In this document: positions 16,365 to 24,637 of the stretch, piece by piece
Numbering within the stretch: position 1 is the stretch's first letter
How the letters are laid out: the number at the start of each line of letters is the position of its first letter
Assembly (NCBI RefSeq): GCF_042660085.1
Contig: NZ_JBHSTI010000008.1
Coordinates: 540,001-572,000 of the forward strand
Source of the DNA: Longivirga aurantiaca
GTDB taxonomy: Bacteria; Actinomycetota; Actinomycetes; S36-B12; CAIYMF01
Reading direction: 5' to 3'
DNA length: 32,000 bases
Made by a program: the position numbers and the translations under genes
Notes under the pieces: generated by a model
What the model saw: the letters and a program-made list of their open reading frames with translations, nothing else
The model's database searches: none
Told to the model about the DNA's origin: nothing

Positions 16365-17153
16365 TCAGCGCATCGACGCGCGGTACGCCGCCGGCGGCAT
16401 GCCGCAGTCGCGTACGAACCGCTCGTAGAGGCGGCTCGTCGAGCCGAAGCCCGCGCGCACGGCGATCTCCGACGTCGTGGCGTCGGTGGAGATGAGCAGC
16501 CGCTGGGCCTCGGCCACGCGGCACTGCGCGAGGTACTCGCCGATGCTCACGCCCGTGCCGCGCCGGAAGACCGCCGCAGCGGTGCTCGGGTGCAGGTGGA
16601 CCGCGGCCGCGACGTCGTGCACGCGGACGGTGTCGCGGAAGTGCGTCGCGACGTACGACGCCATCACGGTGGCCGGTGCGTCGTCGGCACCGGCGGGTGC
16701 GCTCGGGTGGGCGGTCGCCGCCGCGCGCAGCAGCGCTGCCTGCACCTCCAGCGCCGCGGCGCGGGTGCGCACCGAGCTCGCGCCGATGTCGGCCTGCCAA
16801 CGGGTCATCGACGGCTCGAGGAGTTCCGGCGCCTCGAAGGTCGAGAGCCGCCCGCGCAGGAGGTCGCTCGTGAACGACGCGGGCAGCGACCACGCGAGCG
16901 CGTCGGTGAGCGGCACGGTGAGCCAGGCGACCGCGACGCCGTCGTCGTGGTCGGCGACGCGGTGCGGGAGGCCCGCCCAGAAGACCGCGCACTCGTGGTC
17001 GCCGAGCTCGTGGCGCCCGGCAGCGTGCTCGAGCACCGCCGAACCTCCGAGGGGCAGGATGAGCTCGACGTCGTCGTGCCGGTGCGCCCTCGACATCGCC
17101 GGCACGGCCGAGAGCCCGCAGGCGAGGCCGAACACCTCGTGCAGCGGCGTCAC
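16365..17153 (-). CDS. AraC-family transcriptional regulator with N-terminal cupin domain
   Basis: 262 aa. C-terminal double HTH (SEIAVRAGFGSTSRLYERFVRDCGMPPAAYR). N-terminal cupin-like HRHDDVELILPLGG. Confidence 0.85.
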   Translation of the reverse strand: MTPLHEVFGLACGLSAVPAMSRAHRHDDVELILPLGGSAVLEHAAGRHELGDHECAVFWAGLPHRVADHDDGVAVAWLTVPLTDALAWSLPASFTSDLLRGRLSTFEAPELLEPSMTRWQADIGASSVRTRAAALEVQAALLRAAATAHPSAPAGADDAPATVMASYVATHFRDTVRVHDVAAAVHLHPSTAAAVFRRGTGVSIGEYLAQCRVAEAQRLLISTDATTSEIAVRAGFGSTSRLYERFVRDCGMPPAAYRASMR

Positions 17154-17172
17154 CGTAGCTCCCGCCTCGCGA

Positions 17173-17218
17173 GGATCCGGGAAGGATCTGCATCCATGGG
17201 GGAAGTATGCCCGGATCC
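17173..17218. promoter_or_regulatory. inverted repeat GGATCCGGG-N28-CCCGGATCC in the araC / phyH divergent region
   Basis: Perfect 9-bp arms at 17173-17181 and 17210-17218, plus an inner GGATCTGCATCC palindrome (17184-17195). Confidence 0.4.
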
Positions 17219-17239
17219 GAGTGCCCTAGCGTTCGGGGT

Positions 17240-18148
17240 ATGACGACGTCCGCGACCCACGCGCCCGACCCTGTCCGCGACCGCTGGCTGCTCACGCCGG
17301 AGCAGGTCGAGCAGTTCGACCGCGACGGATACCTGCTGCTGAAGAACCGCGTCGAGCCCGACCTGCTGCGCCGGCTGCAGGACGCGTCCGAGCGTTGGAT
17401 CGCCGACGGCGCAGGGCGCGAGGACGCGGGCCCGAGCGACTGGCTCTTCGCGAACCGGCCGTCGGGCAAGGTCATGTGGCGCGTCGACTACATCCACGAC
17501 AAGGGTGAGCCGGCATCGCTGGAGCTGCTCGGATCGCCCGCCGTCCTCGGCATCGCCGAGAGCCTGGCCGGGCCGGACTTCGTGCCGACGTACGAGTCGC
17601 TCGTGGTGAAGAAGGCAGGCGACGGGGCGCCGGTGCCGTGGCACCAGGACGCCGTGCACGCACGCCGTCACCGGCTCTTCAACGTGGACGTCTACCTCGA
17701 CCGTTCGCAGGCCGGTGCCGGTGCGCTGCACGTGATCCCGGGCTCGCAGAAGGAGCGCACCGACGCGTGCTCGCTCGCCGAGACCTACGGCTACGAGCTG
17801 CCCGGAGCTATCCAGGTCGAGATGGAGCCCGGCGACGTGCTCGTGCACGACGACATGGTGGTGCACGGTTCGCCGCCGTCGGCGAGCGACGCCCAGCGGC
17901 GGACGATCTACTTCGAGTTCCGTGCCGCCCAGTCCATCCTCGAGGACGGGCCCTGGACGCCGGAGTGGATGGACGCGCGGCTCCGTCTGGTGCCTCTCGC
18001 GCTGGCCGAGCGCGCGCGGTGGTCGGACGAGGCGTTCGCGTGGCGCATCAGCCCCGACCTCCGACCCGTCGTGTCGGACGACGTCGAGGCCGAGCTGCGC
18101 GTGGTGCACACCGCGCACACGCCGGGGGAGTGGTGCAGCGCGGGCTGA
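17240..18148 (+). CDS. phytanoyl-CoA dioxygenase (PhyH) family Fe(II)/2-oxoglutarate oxygenase
   Basis: LTPEQVEQFDRDGYLLL N-terminus, HxD in PWHQDAV, distal His in MVVHGSPP. Confidence 0.8.
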   Translation: MTTSATHAPDPVRDRWLLTPEQVEQFDRDGYLLLKNRVEPDLLRRLQDASERWIADGAGREDAGPSDWLFANRPSGKVMWRVDYIHDKGEPASLELLGSPAVLGIAESLAGPDFVPTYESLVVKKAGDGAPVPWHQDAVHARRHRLFNVDVYLDRSQAGAGALHVIPGSQKERTDACSLAETYGYELPGAIQVEMEPGDVLVHDDMVVHGSPPSASDAQRRTIYFEFRAAQSILEDGPWTPEWMDARLRLVPLALAERARWSDEAFAWRISPDLRPVVSDDVEAELRVVHTAHTPGEWCSAG

Positions 18149-18152
18149 GCGC

Positions 18153-19025
18153 CTACGCCGTACCTTCGCCGACGACGTCCGGCGGGCCGGGCTCGCGATG
18201 TCCCGACCGCTCGGCACCCACGCCCGCCACCACCACGAGCGCCACGCCGACGACCTGGACCAGGCCCGGGATCTGCGCGAGCAGCACTGCGCCCACGAGC
18301 GTGGCGATCCCCGGCTCGAGCGCCATGAGCGTGCCGAACGCCGCCGTGGTGAGCCGCCGCAGCGCCTGCAGCTCGAGCGCGAACGGCAGGATCGGCAGGA
18401 GCACGGCGAGTGCGACGGCGATGCCGAGCACCTGCCAGGTGAGGCCGCCGACCGCCTGCGGCACGCCGACGAACGCCGCGACCACGGCGGCCACCGGCAT
18501 CGTGATCGCCAGCCCCTGCATCCCGCTGAAGCGGTCGCCGACCTGCTGGGTGAGCACGATGTACGCCGCCCACCCGACGCCTGCGAGCGCGGCGTACAGG
18601 ACGCCGAGCGGGTCGACGGTGCCCGTCCAGGGCTCGGTCAGGAGGACGACGCCCGCGAACGCCAGCAGCGGCCAGAGCAGGCCGCGTCGGTCGCGGCTGC
18701 GGACGACCGCCACGCCGAGGGGGCCGAGGAACTCGATCGCGACGACCGTGCCGAGCGGGATGCGGTCGAGGGCGAGGACGAAGAAGACGGTCATGACGCC
18801 GGTCATCACGCCGAGGGCGACCGGTGTCCGGAGCTCGCGCGCGGTGAGGCCCGCGAGGCTCGGCCGGGCGATGGCGAGGAAGAAGACCGCCGCGACCGTG
18901 AGCCGCAGCCACACCGTGCCGACGGGCCCGATCGCGGGGAAGAGGTGGGTCGAGAGAGCGGCGCCGATCTGCACCGACATCATCGCGCCGACCGCAAGGG
19001 TCCAGGCAGGAACGCGGTCGGTCAC
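18153..19025 (-). CDS. EamA/DMT-family transporter (RhtA-like exporter)
   Basis: 290 aa, ten hydrophobic segments, duplicated EamA pattern. Its stop lies only 4 nt from the convergent phyH stop. Confidence 0.8.
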   Translation of the reverse strand: MTDRVPAWTLAVGAMMSVQIGAALSTHLFPAIGPVGTVWLRLTVAAVFFLAIARPSLAGLTARELRTPVALGVMTGVMTVFFVLALDRIPLGTVVAIEFLGPLGVAVVRSRDRRGLLWPLLAFAGVVLLTEPWTGTVDPLGVLYAALAGVGWAAYIVLTQQVGDRFSGMQGLAITMPVAAVVAAFVGVPQAVGGLTWQVLGIAVALAVLLPILPFALELQALRRLTTAAFGTLMALEPGIATLVGAVLLAQIPGLVQVVGVALVVVAGVGAERSGHREPGPPDVVGEGTA

Positions 19026-19071
19026 GAGGGCGATCCAACCACCCTGGTAGGACGGCGTCCGACGAGGACGA

Positions 19072-20382
19072 TCAGCTGGCGAAGCTGGGGAGCCAGCGTT
19101 CGAGCTCGCCGCGCATCGGCACGGTGGCGTCCATCTGGCTGAGCACGCCGATGCCGCCCAGCCAGGTGCGGTGCATGAGCATGTACGTCGGCGGCAGGTT
19201 GATCTTGAAGCCGATCGAGAAGTCGGGGTTGCGCGGGTCGTTGAGCCGGTTGAAGTGCCCGCGCATCCAGTCGCGCGAGAAGTGGAACTCCTCGTGCTGG
19301 GCGGGCTCGGCGAACGGCAGGAGGGCGTTGAGGAACTGCTCGGTGTCGACCGTGATGTCGGGCTTCAGGAACCCCTCGGCACGCAGGCCCGCGACCGTGG
19401 CCTCGGAGTCTCCGAGCATGGCGAGCCTGAGCAGCGAGCCCATCGCCTCGGGCGGGCCGTCGGGCATCTTCGAGACGGCACCGAAGTCGAGGACGCCGAG
19501 CCGGCCGTCGCCGAGCACGCGGTAGTTGCCGGGGTGGGGGTCGGCGTGGAGCAGCCCGGCGCGGGTCGGCCCGCTCATGAGGAACCGCAGGTAGAGCGTG
19601 CCGTAGTGGTCGCGCTCCTCCTGGGTGCCGTCGGAGATCACCTTCGCGAGCGAGTAGCCGTCGAGCCACTCGGACACCACGACGGTCGGTGCAGCGGCGA
19701 GCACGTGGGGGACGACGAAGTCCTCGTCGTCCTCGTACGCCGCGGCGAACTGGCGCTGGCTCTGCGACTCGTGGAGGTAGTCGAGCTCCTCGGCCGCGCG
19801 GTCCTTCAGCTCGGCGATCAGCGGCTTGATGTCCATGCCGGGCGACATCGACGCGAACATGCGCGCCATCCGCGCGACCTGGTTGAGGTCGCTCATCAGG
19901 GCCTTGCCGGCGCCGGGGTACTGGATCTTCACGGCGACCTCGCGGCCGTCGCGCCACACCGCCTTGTGCACCTGGCCGATCGACGCCGCAGCCGTGGGCA
20001 TGTCGTCGAACGACTCGAAGCGGTCGCGCCAGTCGTCGCCGAGGGCCTCGACCAGCTGGCGGTGGACGGTGTCGGCCGGCATCGGTGGGGCGGCGTCCTG
20101 GAGCTTGGTGAGAGTGGCGCGGTAGGGCCCGAGCAGCTCCTCCGGCAGCGCGACCTCGGCGATGCTCATCGCCTGGCCGAACTTCATCGCGCCGCCCTTG
20201 AGCTCGCCGAGGGTCTTGAAGACCTGCTCGGCCGTGCGCTGCTGAACCTCGAGGGCCACGGCCTCCGCGGACGCACCGCCCACGCGCTTGCCGACGCCGA
20301 GGGCCGTCCGCCCGGCATAGCCGAGCGGCAGGGCGGCGAGGCGCGCACCTCGGGTGATGGCGCGGCGCGGGAGGTCGGTCAC
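19072..20382 (-). CDS. ABC1/UbiB-family atypical protein kinase
   Basis: Motifs KGGAMKFGQ, VAVKIQYPG, HADPHPGN, LDFG. The GTG at 20382 overlaps the upstream stop (GTGA). The 180-codon upstream extension of ORF 19072..20922 is Arg/Pro-rich and was rejected. Confidence 0.85.
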   Translation of the reverse strand: MTDLPRRAITRGARLAALPLGYAGRTALGVGKRVGGASAEAVALEVQQRTAEQVFKTLGELKGGAMKFGQAMSIAEVALPEELLGPYRATLTKLQDAAPPMPADTVHRQLVEALGDDWRDRFESFDDMPTAAASIGQVHKAVWRDGREVAVKIQYPGAGKALMSDLNQVARMARMFASMSPGMDIKPLIAELKDRAAEELDYLHESQSQRQFAAAYEDDEDFVVPHVLAAAPTVVVSEWLDGYSLAKVISDGTQEERDHYGTLYLRFLMSGPTRAGLLHADPHPGNYRVLGDGRLGVLDFGAVSKMPDGPPEAMGSLLRLAMLGDSEATVAGLRAEGFLKPDITVDTEQFLNALLPFAEPAQHEEFHFSRDWMRGHFNRLNDPRNPDFSIGFKINLPPTYMLMHRTWLGGIGVLSQMDATVPMRGELERWLPSFAS

Positions 20383-21437
20383 GCGTCCATTGTGGTGCCG
20401 ACCCCCGCCCACCCGCACCCGCAGGCGGGGTGGCGGACCACCGGACGGCACGTGGCGAGCAGGTCGGGTGCCGCCAGCTCGACCTGGGCGTCGAGGCTGG
20501 CCGGTCGCGCGGCCGACCCGTGGTCGACCACCTGCAGCACGTGCGCGACGGCGACCGCGGCAGCCGCGGATGCTGCGATCCCCAGGGACGCATGGGATCT
20601 CGGGTGATGCAGCCGCAGCTGGTCGACGAGCGCCGGCCACGCGGGATCGGCGTCGCGGTGGCGGTGGTCGAGGCACCAGAGGCACGGAGAGGAACCCGGG
20701 AGCACGAACGGCCCAACGAGGGCGGTCGATCCGGCGACGGCGACGGCGAGGTGCGGCACGCCGTCCGCCAGGAGGTCGTCGGCGAGCTCGGGATCGGTCC
20801 ACGGGAGGTCGGCGTCCGCTGACGAGCACACGACGACCGCTGAGGGGCGGGTGCCCCGGACCGAGGCGGACGTCGGGCGCGCGCCCTGGCTGCGGACGGC
20901 GGCCCCAACCTGCTCGCGCCACATCACCTCGGGCTCGTGCGGGCCCGAGGGGGTGAGGTCGACCACCGTCGCGGGTCGGTCGCCGGCCTCGACCACGACC
21001 GTGCCGACCCCCGCCGCGGCCAGCCCGACCGCGATCTGCGCGGCGGCGCGGTCGTCGCCGCGCACGACGACGGTGGACCGGCCCCGGCGGGCGAGCACCC
21101 GCAGGGCGCCGGCGCTGCCGTGCGCGTGCGCCAGGGCCGCGAGGTCGTCGGCGTACCTCTGCTGCTTGTGCGCGGCCACGAGGCCCGGCGCCGCGGGCTC
21201 GTCGGCGAGGAGGCCGCGCTCGTGCAGCTGCTCGAGCAGACCCGCGAGCTCAGGGTGCGCGCCGACGAGGTCGGCGGTGGTGCGCGTGCCGTCGAGGTGC
21301 AGCAGCGCCGTGCCGGCGTCGTCGGTGAGCCGGTCGACGACGACGGCTGTGCGCCGGTCGAGGCCGATCTGGACGCGGTCGCGCGCGCGGCGCAGGAACG
21401 GCAGGCCCGGGCGCGGGCGCGGCAGGTAGCGGCTCAT
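20379..21437 (-). CDS. E1/ThiF-MoeB-like protein with degenerate nucleotide-binding loop
   Basis: VVVRGDDRAAAQIAVGLAAAGVGTVVV aligns to the ThiF/MoeB Rossmann region, but GxGxxG is replaced by RGDDRAA. PCLWC (C252/C255) and C-terminal CGC are retained. Confidence 0.7.
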   Translation of the reverse strand: MSRYLPRPRPGLPFLRRARDRVQIGLDRRTAVVVDRLTDDAGTALLHLDGTRTTADLVGAHPELAGLLEQLHERGLLADEPAAPGLVAAHKQQRYADDLAALAHAHGSAGALRVLARRGRSTVVVRGDDRAAAQIAVGLAAAGVGTVVVEAGDRPATVVDLTPSGPHEPEVMWREQVGAAVRSQGARPTSASVRGTRPSAVVVCSSADADLPWTDPELADDLLADGVPHLAVAVAGSTALVGPFVLPGSSPCLWCLDHRHRDADPAWPALVDQLRLHHPRSHASLGIAASAAAAVAVAHVLQVVDHGSAARPASLDAQVELAAPDLLATCRPVVRHPACGCGWAGVGTTMDA

Positions 21438-21587
21438 GCCCGCACCCTCGCCCTACGGCCCTGTGCACCGTCGCGGCCGTCCCCAGCCCCGATGCGCTAC
21501 GCGCGGTGCGCGGTCACGGTGAAGGCCGACTGTGTTGCGTTCTTAGCAACGAAGGCCCCCTTCATCGCAAACCTCAGCCGCAAACGC

Positions 21588-22901
21588 TCAGGCCAGGCGG
21601 CAGTGGGCGAGGGCGGCGAGGGTGAGGGCACGGGCGGTGGCGAGCATGTCGTCCGTGGTCACCTGCTCGTCGGGGGCGTGCGCGTGCCGCGCGTCGCCGG
21701 GGCCGTACTGCAGCACGGGCATGTGCGGCGCGAGCAGGCGCAGGTCGCTGCCGTAGGGGCCGCCGTACACCTCCTGCACGCGCGCGGACGGCGAGGACGT
21801 GCGGTGCGCGCCCTGCACCAGGTCGGTGAGCTCACGGCAGTCCGAGAGCCCGGGGGCGAACTGCCCGCCCCACCACTCGACCCGCACCGGGTGCTCGCGC
21901 AGGAACGGGTCGGCGGCGCACAGCGCGGCCACGGCCGCCTCGAGCGCGGCGCGGGCGGCCTCGGGCGTCTCCTCGAGCGCGACGCCGAGCCGCCCCTCGG
22001 CCACGAGCAGGTCGGGAACGGTCGAGGCCCAGTCGCCCGCCTGCACCGTGCCGATCGACAGCGGGTAGGCGAGGCGCCAGCGCTGCATGAGCGGGTGGAC
22101 CACCTCGTTGCGGCTCGTCTCGAGGTCGGTGAGCGCGTGGAAGACCGAGATGAACTTCTCGATCGCGCTGACCCCCTCGGTACGCCGCGACGCGTGCACG
22201 GCGCGGCCCGGCACCTTCAGGCGGAAGGTCAGCGCCCCGCCGTTGGCCGGAACGATGTCCATGTCGGTCGGCTCGGGGATCACGCACGCGTCGGCGCGAA
22301 CGCCGCGGCGCAGGAGCTCGAACGTGCCGAGCCCGCCGTCCTCCTCGCCCACCACCGGCGCGAACAGGAGATCGCCCGCGAGCCGCACGCCGGCCGCGCG
22401 CAGCGCGCGCAGCGCCACCACGGACGCCACGACGCCGGCCTTCATGTCGCACGCGCCGCGACCGTGCAGCACCTCGACGCCGTCGCGGTCGACGCGGCGC
22501 AGCGTGAAGGGGTCGGCGTCCCACTGGTCGAGGTCGCCTGGGGGCACGACGTCGGTGTGCCCGTCGATGAGCAGGCTCGGCCCGCCGCCCGCGCCGCGGA
22601 TGGTGCCGAGCACGCCCACGGCCGCGCGCCGCTCGACCTCCTGGCCCGGGAACGCGGGGTCCGAGGTGACGGCGTCGAGGTCGATGTCCCAGACCTCGAC
22701 GTCCAGGCCGGCGTCGCGCAGGAGGTCGGCCATGACGTGCTGGATCTCGACCTCGGCCGGGCTGCCGCCGATGCTCGGGATGCCGACGAGGTGCCCGAGC
22801 AGGCCGACGGCGTCCTCGCGCTGGGCGTCCACGGCCGCGAGCACGGTGGCGACGGCGGTGCTGTCGTCGGGGACGAGTCCGGGGGAGGTCGGCGCGGTCA
22901 T
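21588..22901 (-). CDS. M20-family metallopeptidase (ArgE/DapE/CPG2-like)
   Basis: Start MTAPTSPG. Motifs LLIDGHTDVVP, GRGACDMKAG, VVGEEDGG. 437 aa. Confidence 0.85.
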   Translation of the reverse strand: MTAPTSPGLVPDDSTAVATVLAAVDAQREDAVGLLGHLVGIPSIGGSPAEVEIQHVMADLLRDAGLDVEVWDIDLDAVTSDPAFPGQEVERRAAVGVLGTIRGAGGGPSLLIDGHTDVVPPGDLDQWDADPFTLRRVDRDGVEVLHGRGACDMKAGVVASVVALRALRAAGVRLAGDLLFAPVVGEEDGGLGTFELLRRGVRADACVIPEPTDMDIVPANGGALTFRLKVPGRAVHASRRTEGVSAIEKFISVFHALTDLETSRNEVVHPLMQRWRLAYPLSIGTVQAGDWASTVPDLLVAEGRLGVALEETPEAARAALEAAVAALCAADPFLREHPVRVEWWGGQFAPGLSDCRELTDLVQGAHRTSSPSARVQEVYGGPYGSDLRLLAPHMPVLQYGPGDARHAHAPDEQVTTDDMLATARALTLAALAHCRLA

Positions 22902-22991
22902 GTCGAGCACCCTAGGGATGCGCCGCGGGCGAGGGGACCCGAGGGGGGCATCGCGCTCCCGATGTACGGCGTCGGCAGGGGCTGCGCACGA

Positions 22992-23025
22992 CGAAGCCCC
23001 CGACCGCAGGCGGTCGGGGGCTTCG
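22992..23025 (-). terminator. near-perfect GC hairpin after the 52-aa Zn-ribbon gene
   Basis: CGAAGCCCCCGACC-gcaggc-GGTCGGGGGCTTCG, 20 nt downstream of the stop on the minus strand. Confidence 0.55.
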
Positions 23026-23044
23026 CGTGGACGAACGGTGGCCG

Positions 23045-23203
23045 TCAGGCCTTGCCGAGGATCCGGTTGACCTTGGTGTTGCAGACGGGGCAGATGCCCT
23101 GCGCCATGCGACGGCCGTTCTTCTCGACGACGACGCCGGTGAACTCGCGCTTCTCCTTGCACTTCACGCAGTACGCCTCGCCGGTGTAGCTCTCGTCAGC
23201 CAT
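23045..23203 (-). CDS. 52-aa zinc-ribbon protein (DUF5679-like), absent from the ORF track
   Basis: My translation is MADESYTGEAYCVKCKEKREFTGVVVEKNGRRMAQGICPVCNTKVNRILGKA. AGGAGGAGG SD 5 nt upstream. 50 of 52 codons end in G or C. CxxC...CxxC. Confidence 0.8.
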   Translation of the reverse strand: MADESYTGEAYCVKCKEKREFTGVVVEKNGRRMAQGICPVCNTKVNRILGKA

Positions 23204-23510
23204 GGGGGTCCTCCTCCTGGTGTGGGTACGTGCCTAGGGCCGGGCGCCGTTCTCCCGCGAGCGGGGCGGTGTTCGGTGCCGGTCCGCAGCACGGGCCACC
23301 GGGGTGGCCTGGGCGTCACCGACCCTACGCGGCTTCACCGTCCGACTCGCGCAGGCGCGCGTGGTTCGCGACGTGAGTAAAGGGACGATATATGACAAAT
23401 CACACCATATAGCCGCACCGAGAACGCCTCGGACCACCCGACGGCGGCGTCGTGCGGCGGTGCGGGGCTGAGCGCGGGGCGGCCCCGCGGACGGCGCCGA
23501 CGGTGGCCGC

Positions 23511-24335
23511 TCACCCCGTCAGCGACCCCGCAGCGGCCAGCAGGAGCCCGACCGCGAGCAGCGCCAGCACCAGCACGAGGCGGAACAGCGCCCTGCCCGA
23601 GCCGCGCACGAGCACGACGGCGGAGGCCGCGCCTGCCATCCCCGCGACGACGGCCGTGAGCAGCCCGCCGAGCCCGAGGTTGGCGAGCAGCAGCCCGACA
23701 GCGGCCGCGACGCAGCCGAGCGCGGCGACCGCCGAGGCCCTCGGGCCGATGCGTGCCACGAGCCCGCCGGCGCCCACCCGCAGGTCGCTCTCGACGTCCG
23801 GCACAGCGTTCGCAAGACCAGCCCCGACCCCCAGCAGGGCGGCTGCGGCGGTGAGCCACGCGGCGGGCGCCGTCGGCGGCGTGAGCCCGTAGGTGACGAA
23901 CGCGGGGATCAGGCCGAAGGACACGGCGTACGGCAGCGGCGAGAGCACGGTCGGCTTCAGCCAGAGGTCGTAGCACCACGCCGAGGCGACGGCGAGCACG
24001 TGCGCGGTGCCGCCGACAGGGCCGGCGGCTGCGTACGAGAGAGCGGTGGTGGCCGCGAGCGCGAGCGCTGCCGCGACCCACAGCGCCGGCGCGCTGATGT
24101 CACCGCGGACCACCGGCTTCTCGGTGCGGCCCGCGCGCAGGTCGCGGTCGGCGTCGCGGGCGTCGTTGCACCAGCCGACGGAGAGCTGACCGGAGAGGAC
24201 GGCGGCCGCCACCAGGGCGACGCCGACGGCGTCCCGTCCGGCGGCGAGCGCGAGGCCGGCGACCACGGCGGTGACCGCGGCGGTCGGCAGCGGGTGGCTC
24301 GCGTCGAGCAGTGCGCGCGCCGAGCGGCCGTTCAC
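23511..24335 (-). CDS. UbiA-family prenyltransferase
   Basis: NDARDADRD (NDxxDxxxD) motif and 8-9 TM segments. The GTG at 24335 is preferred because the 37 upstream codons have only about 71% GC3. The alternative start is 24446. Confidence 0.8.
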   Translation of the reverse strand: MNGRSARALLDASHPLPTAAVTAVVAGLALAAGRDAVGVALVAAAVLSGQLSVGWCNDARDADRDLRAGRTEKPVVRGDISAPALWVAAALALAATTALSYAAAGPVGGTAHVLAVASAWCYDLWLKPTVLSPLPYAVSFGLIPAFVTYGLTPPTAPAAWLTAAAALLGVGAGLANAVPDVESDLRVGAGGLVARIGPRASAVAALGCVAAAVGLLLANLGLGGLLTAVVAGMAGAASAVVLVRGSGRALFRLVLVLALLAVGLLLAAAGSLTG

Positions 24336-24487
24336 GGTCGCGCCGCACCGGGGGTCATCGCGGCAGTCTGACGCCTTCTCGACGGCACGGGGACGACGAG
24401 AGCCCCCGGGTCTCGCAGCCGCTGTCCGCCTTCCCCTTGCGGACACCGGCCCGTTCTCCCGGGGGCCCTGTCGAAGGAGGAACCTAG

Positions 24488-24637
24488 GTGTCCGCGCGAA
24501 CGCTGGTCAACGTCGCGGTGAACCTCCCTGTGGACGCAGCTGTGCACTGGCTGGGGACATCACGGCGCGGCGCTGTGGACCACAGGTGGACGAGCCTGGG
24601 GACGGCGCCGTGGATGATCACGACACGCCGGGGCTGA
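24488..24637 (+). CDS. candidate 49-codon small ORF with strong SD (uncertain)
   Basis: GTG lies 7 nt after GAAGGAGG (24473-24480). GC3 is about 84% (41/49), which is intermediate. The peptide has an internal repeat (VDAAVHWLGT / VDHRWTSLGT) mirroring the DNA repeat. Confidence 0.25.
   Translation: MSARTLVNVAVNLPVDAAVHWLGTSRRGAVDHRWTSLGTAPWMITTRRG

Noticed and set aside
20383-20922. A 180-codon N-terminal extension of the ABC1 kinase ORF. Similar extensions occur on the M20 peptidase (22902..23162), the zincin-like gene (27495..28526), the binding protein (3824..3913), the permeases and mrx1.
   Set aside because: The extensions overlap well-supported neighbouring genes or are Arg/Pro-rich. 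Internal starts coincide with SD sequences, stop/start overlaps or typical family N-termini.
21438-21587. Direct repeat CGCAAACCTCAG / CGCAAACGCTCAG and small hairpins (GAAGG-GGG-CCTTC, GTTGC-N7-GCAAC) between the M20 peptidase stop and the E1-like gene start.
   Set aside because: The stems are short (5 bp) and one repeat copy overlaps the peptidase stop codon. No convincing promoter hexamers could be fitted. The evidence is too weak to call a feature.
23234-23437. A 67-aa minus-strand ORF across the AT-rich island.
   Set aside because: It has poor GC3, no SD and an implausible composition. It spans the AT-rich patch and looks non-coding.
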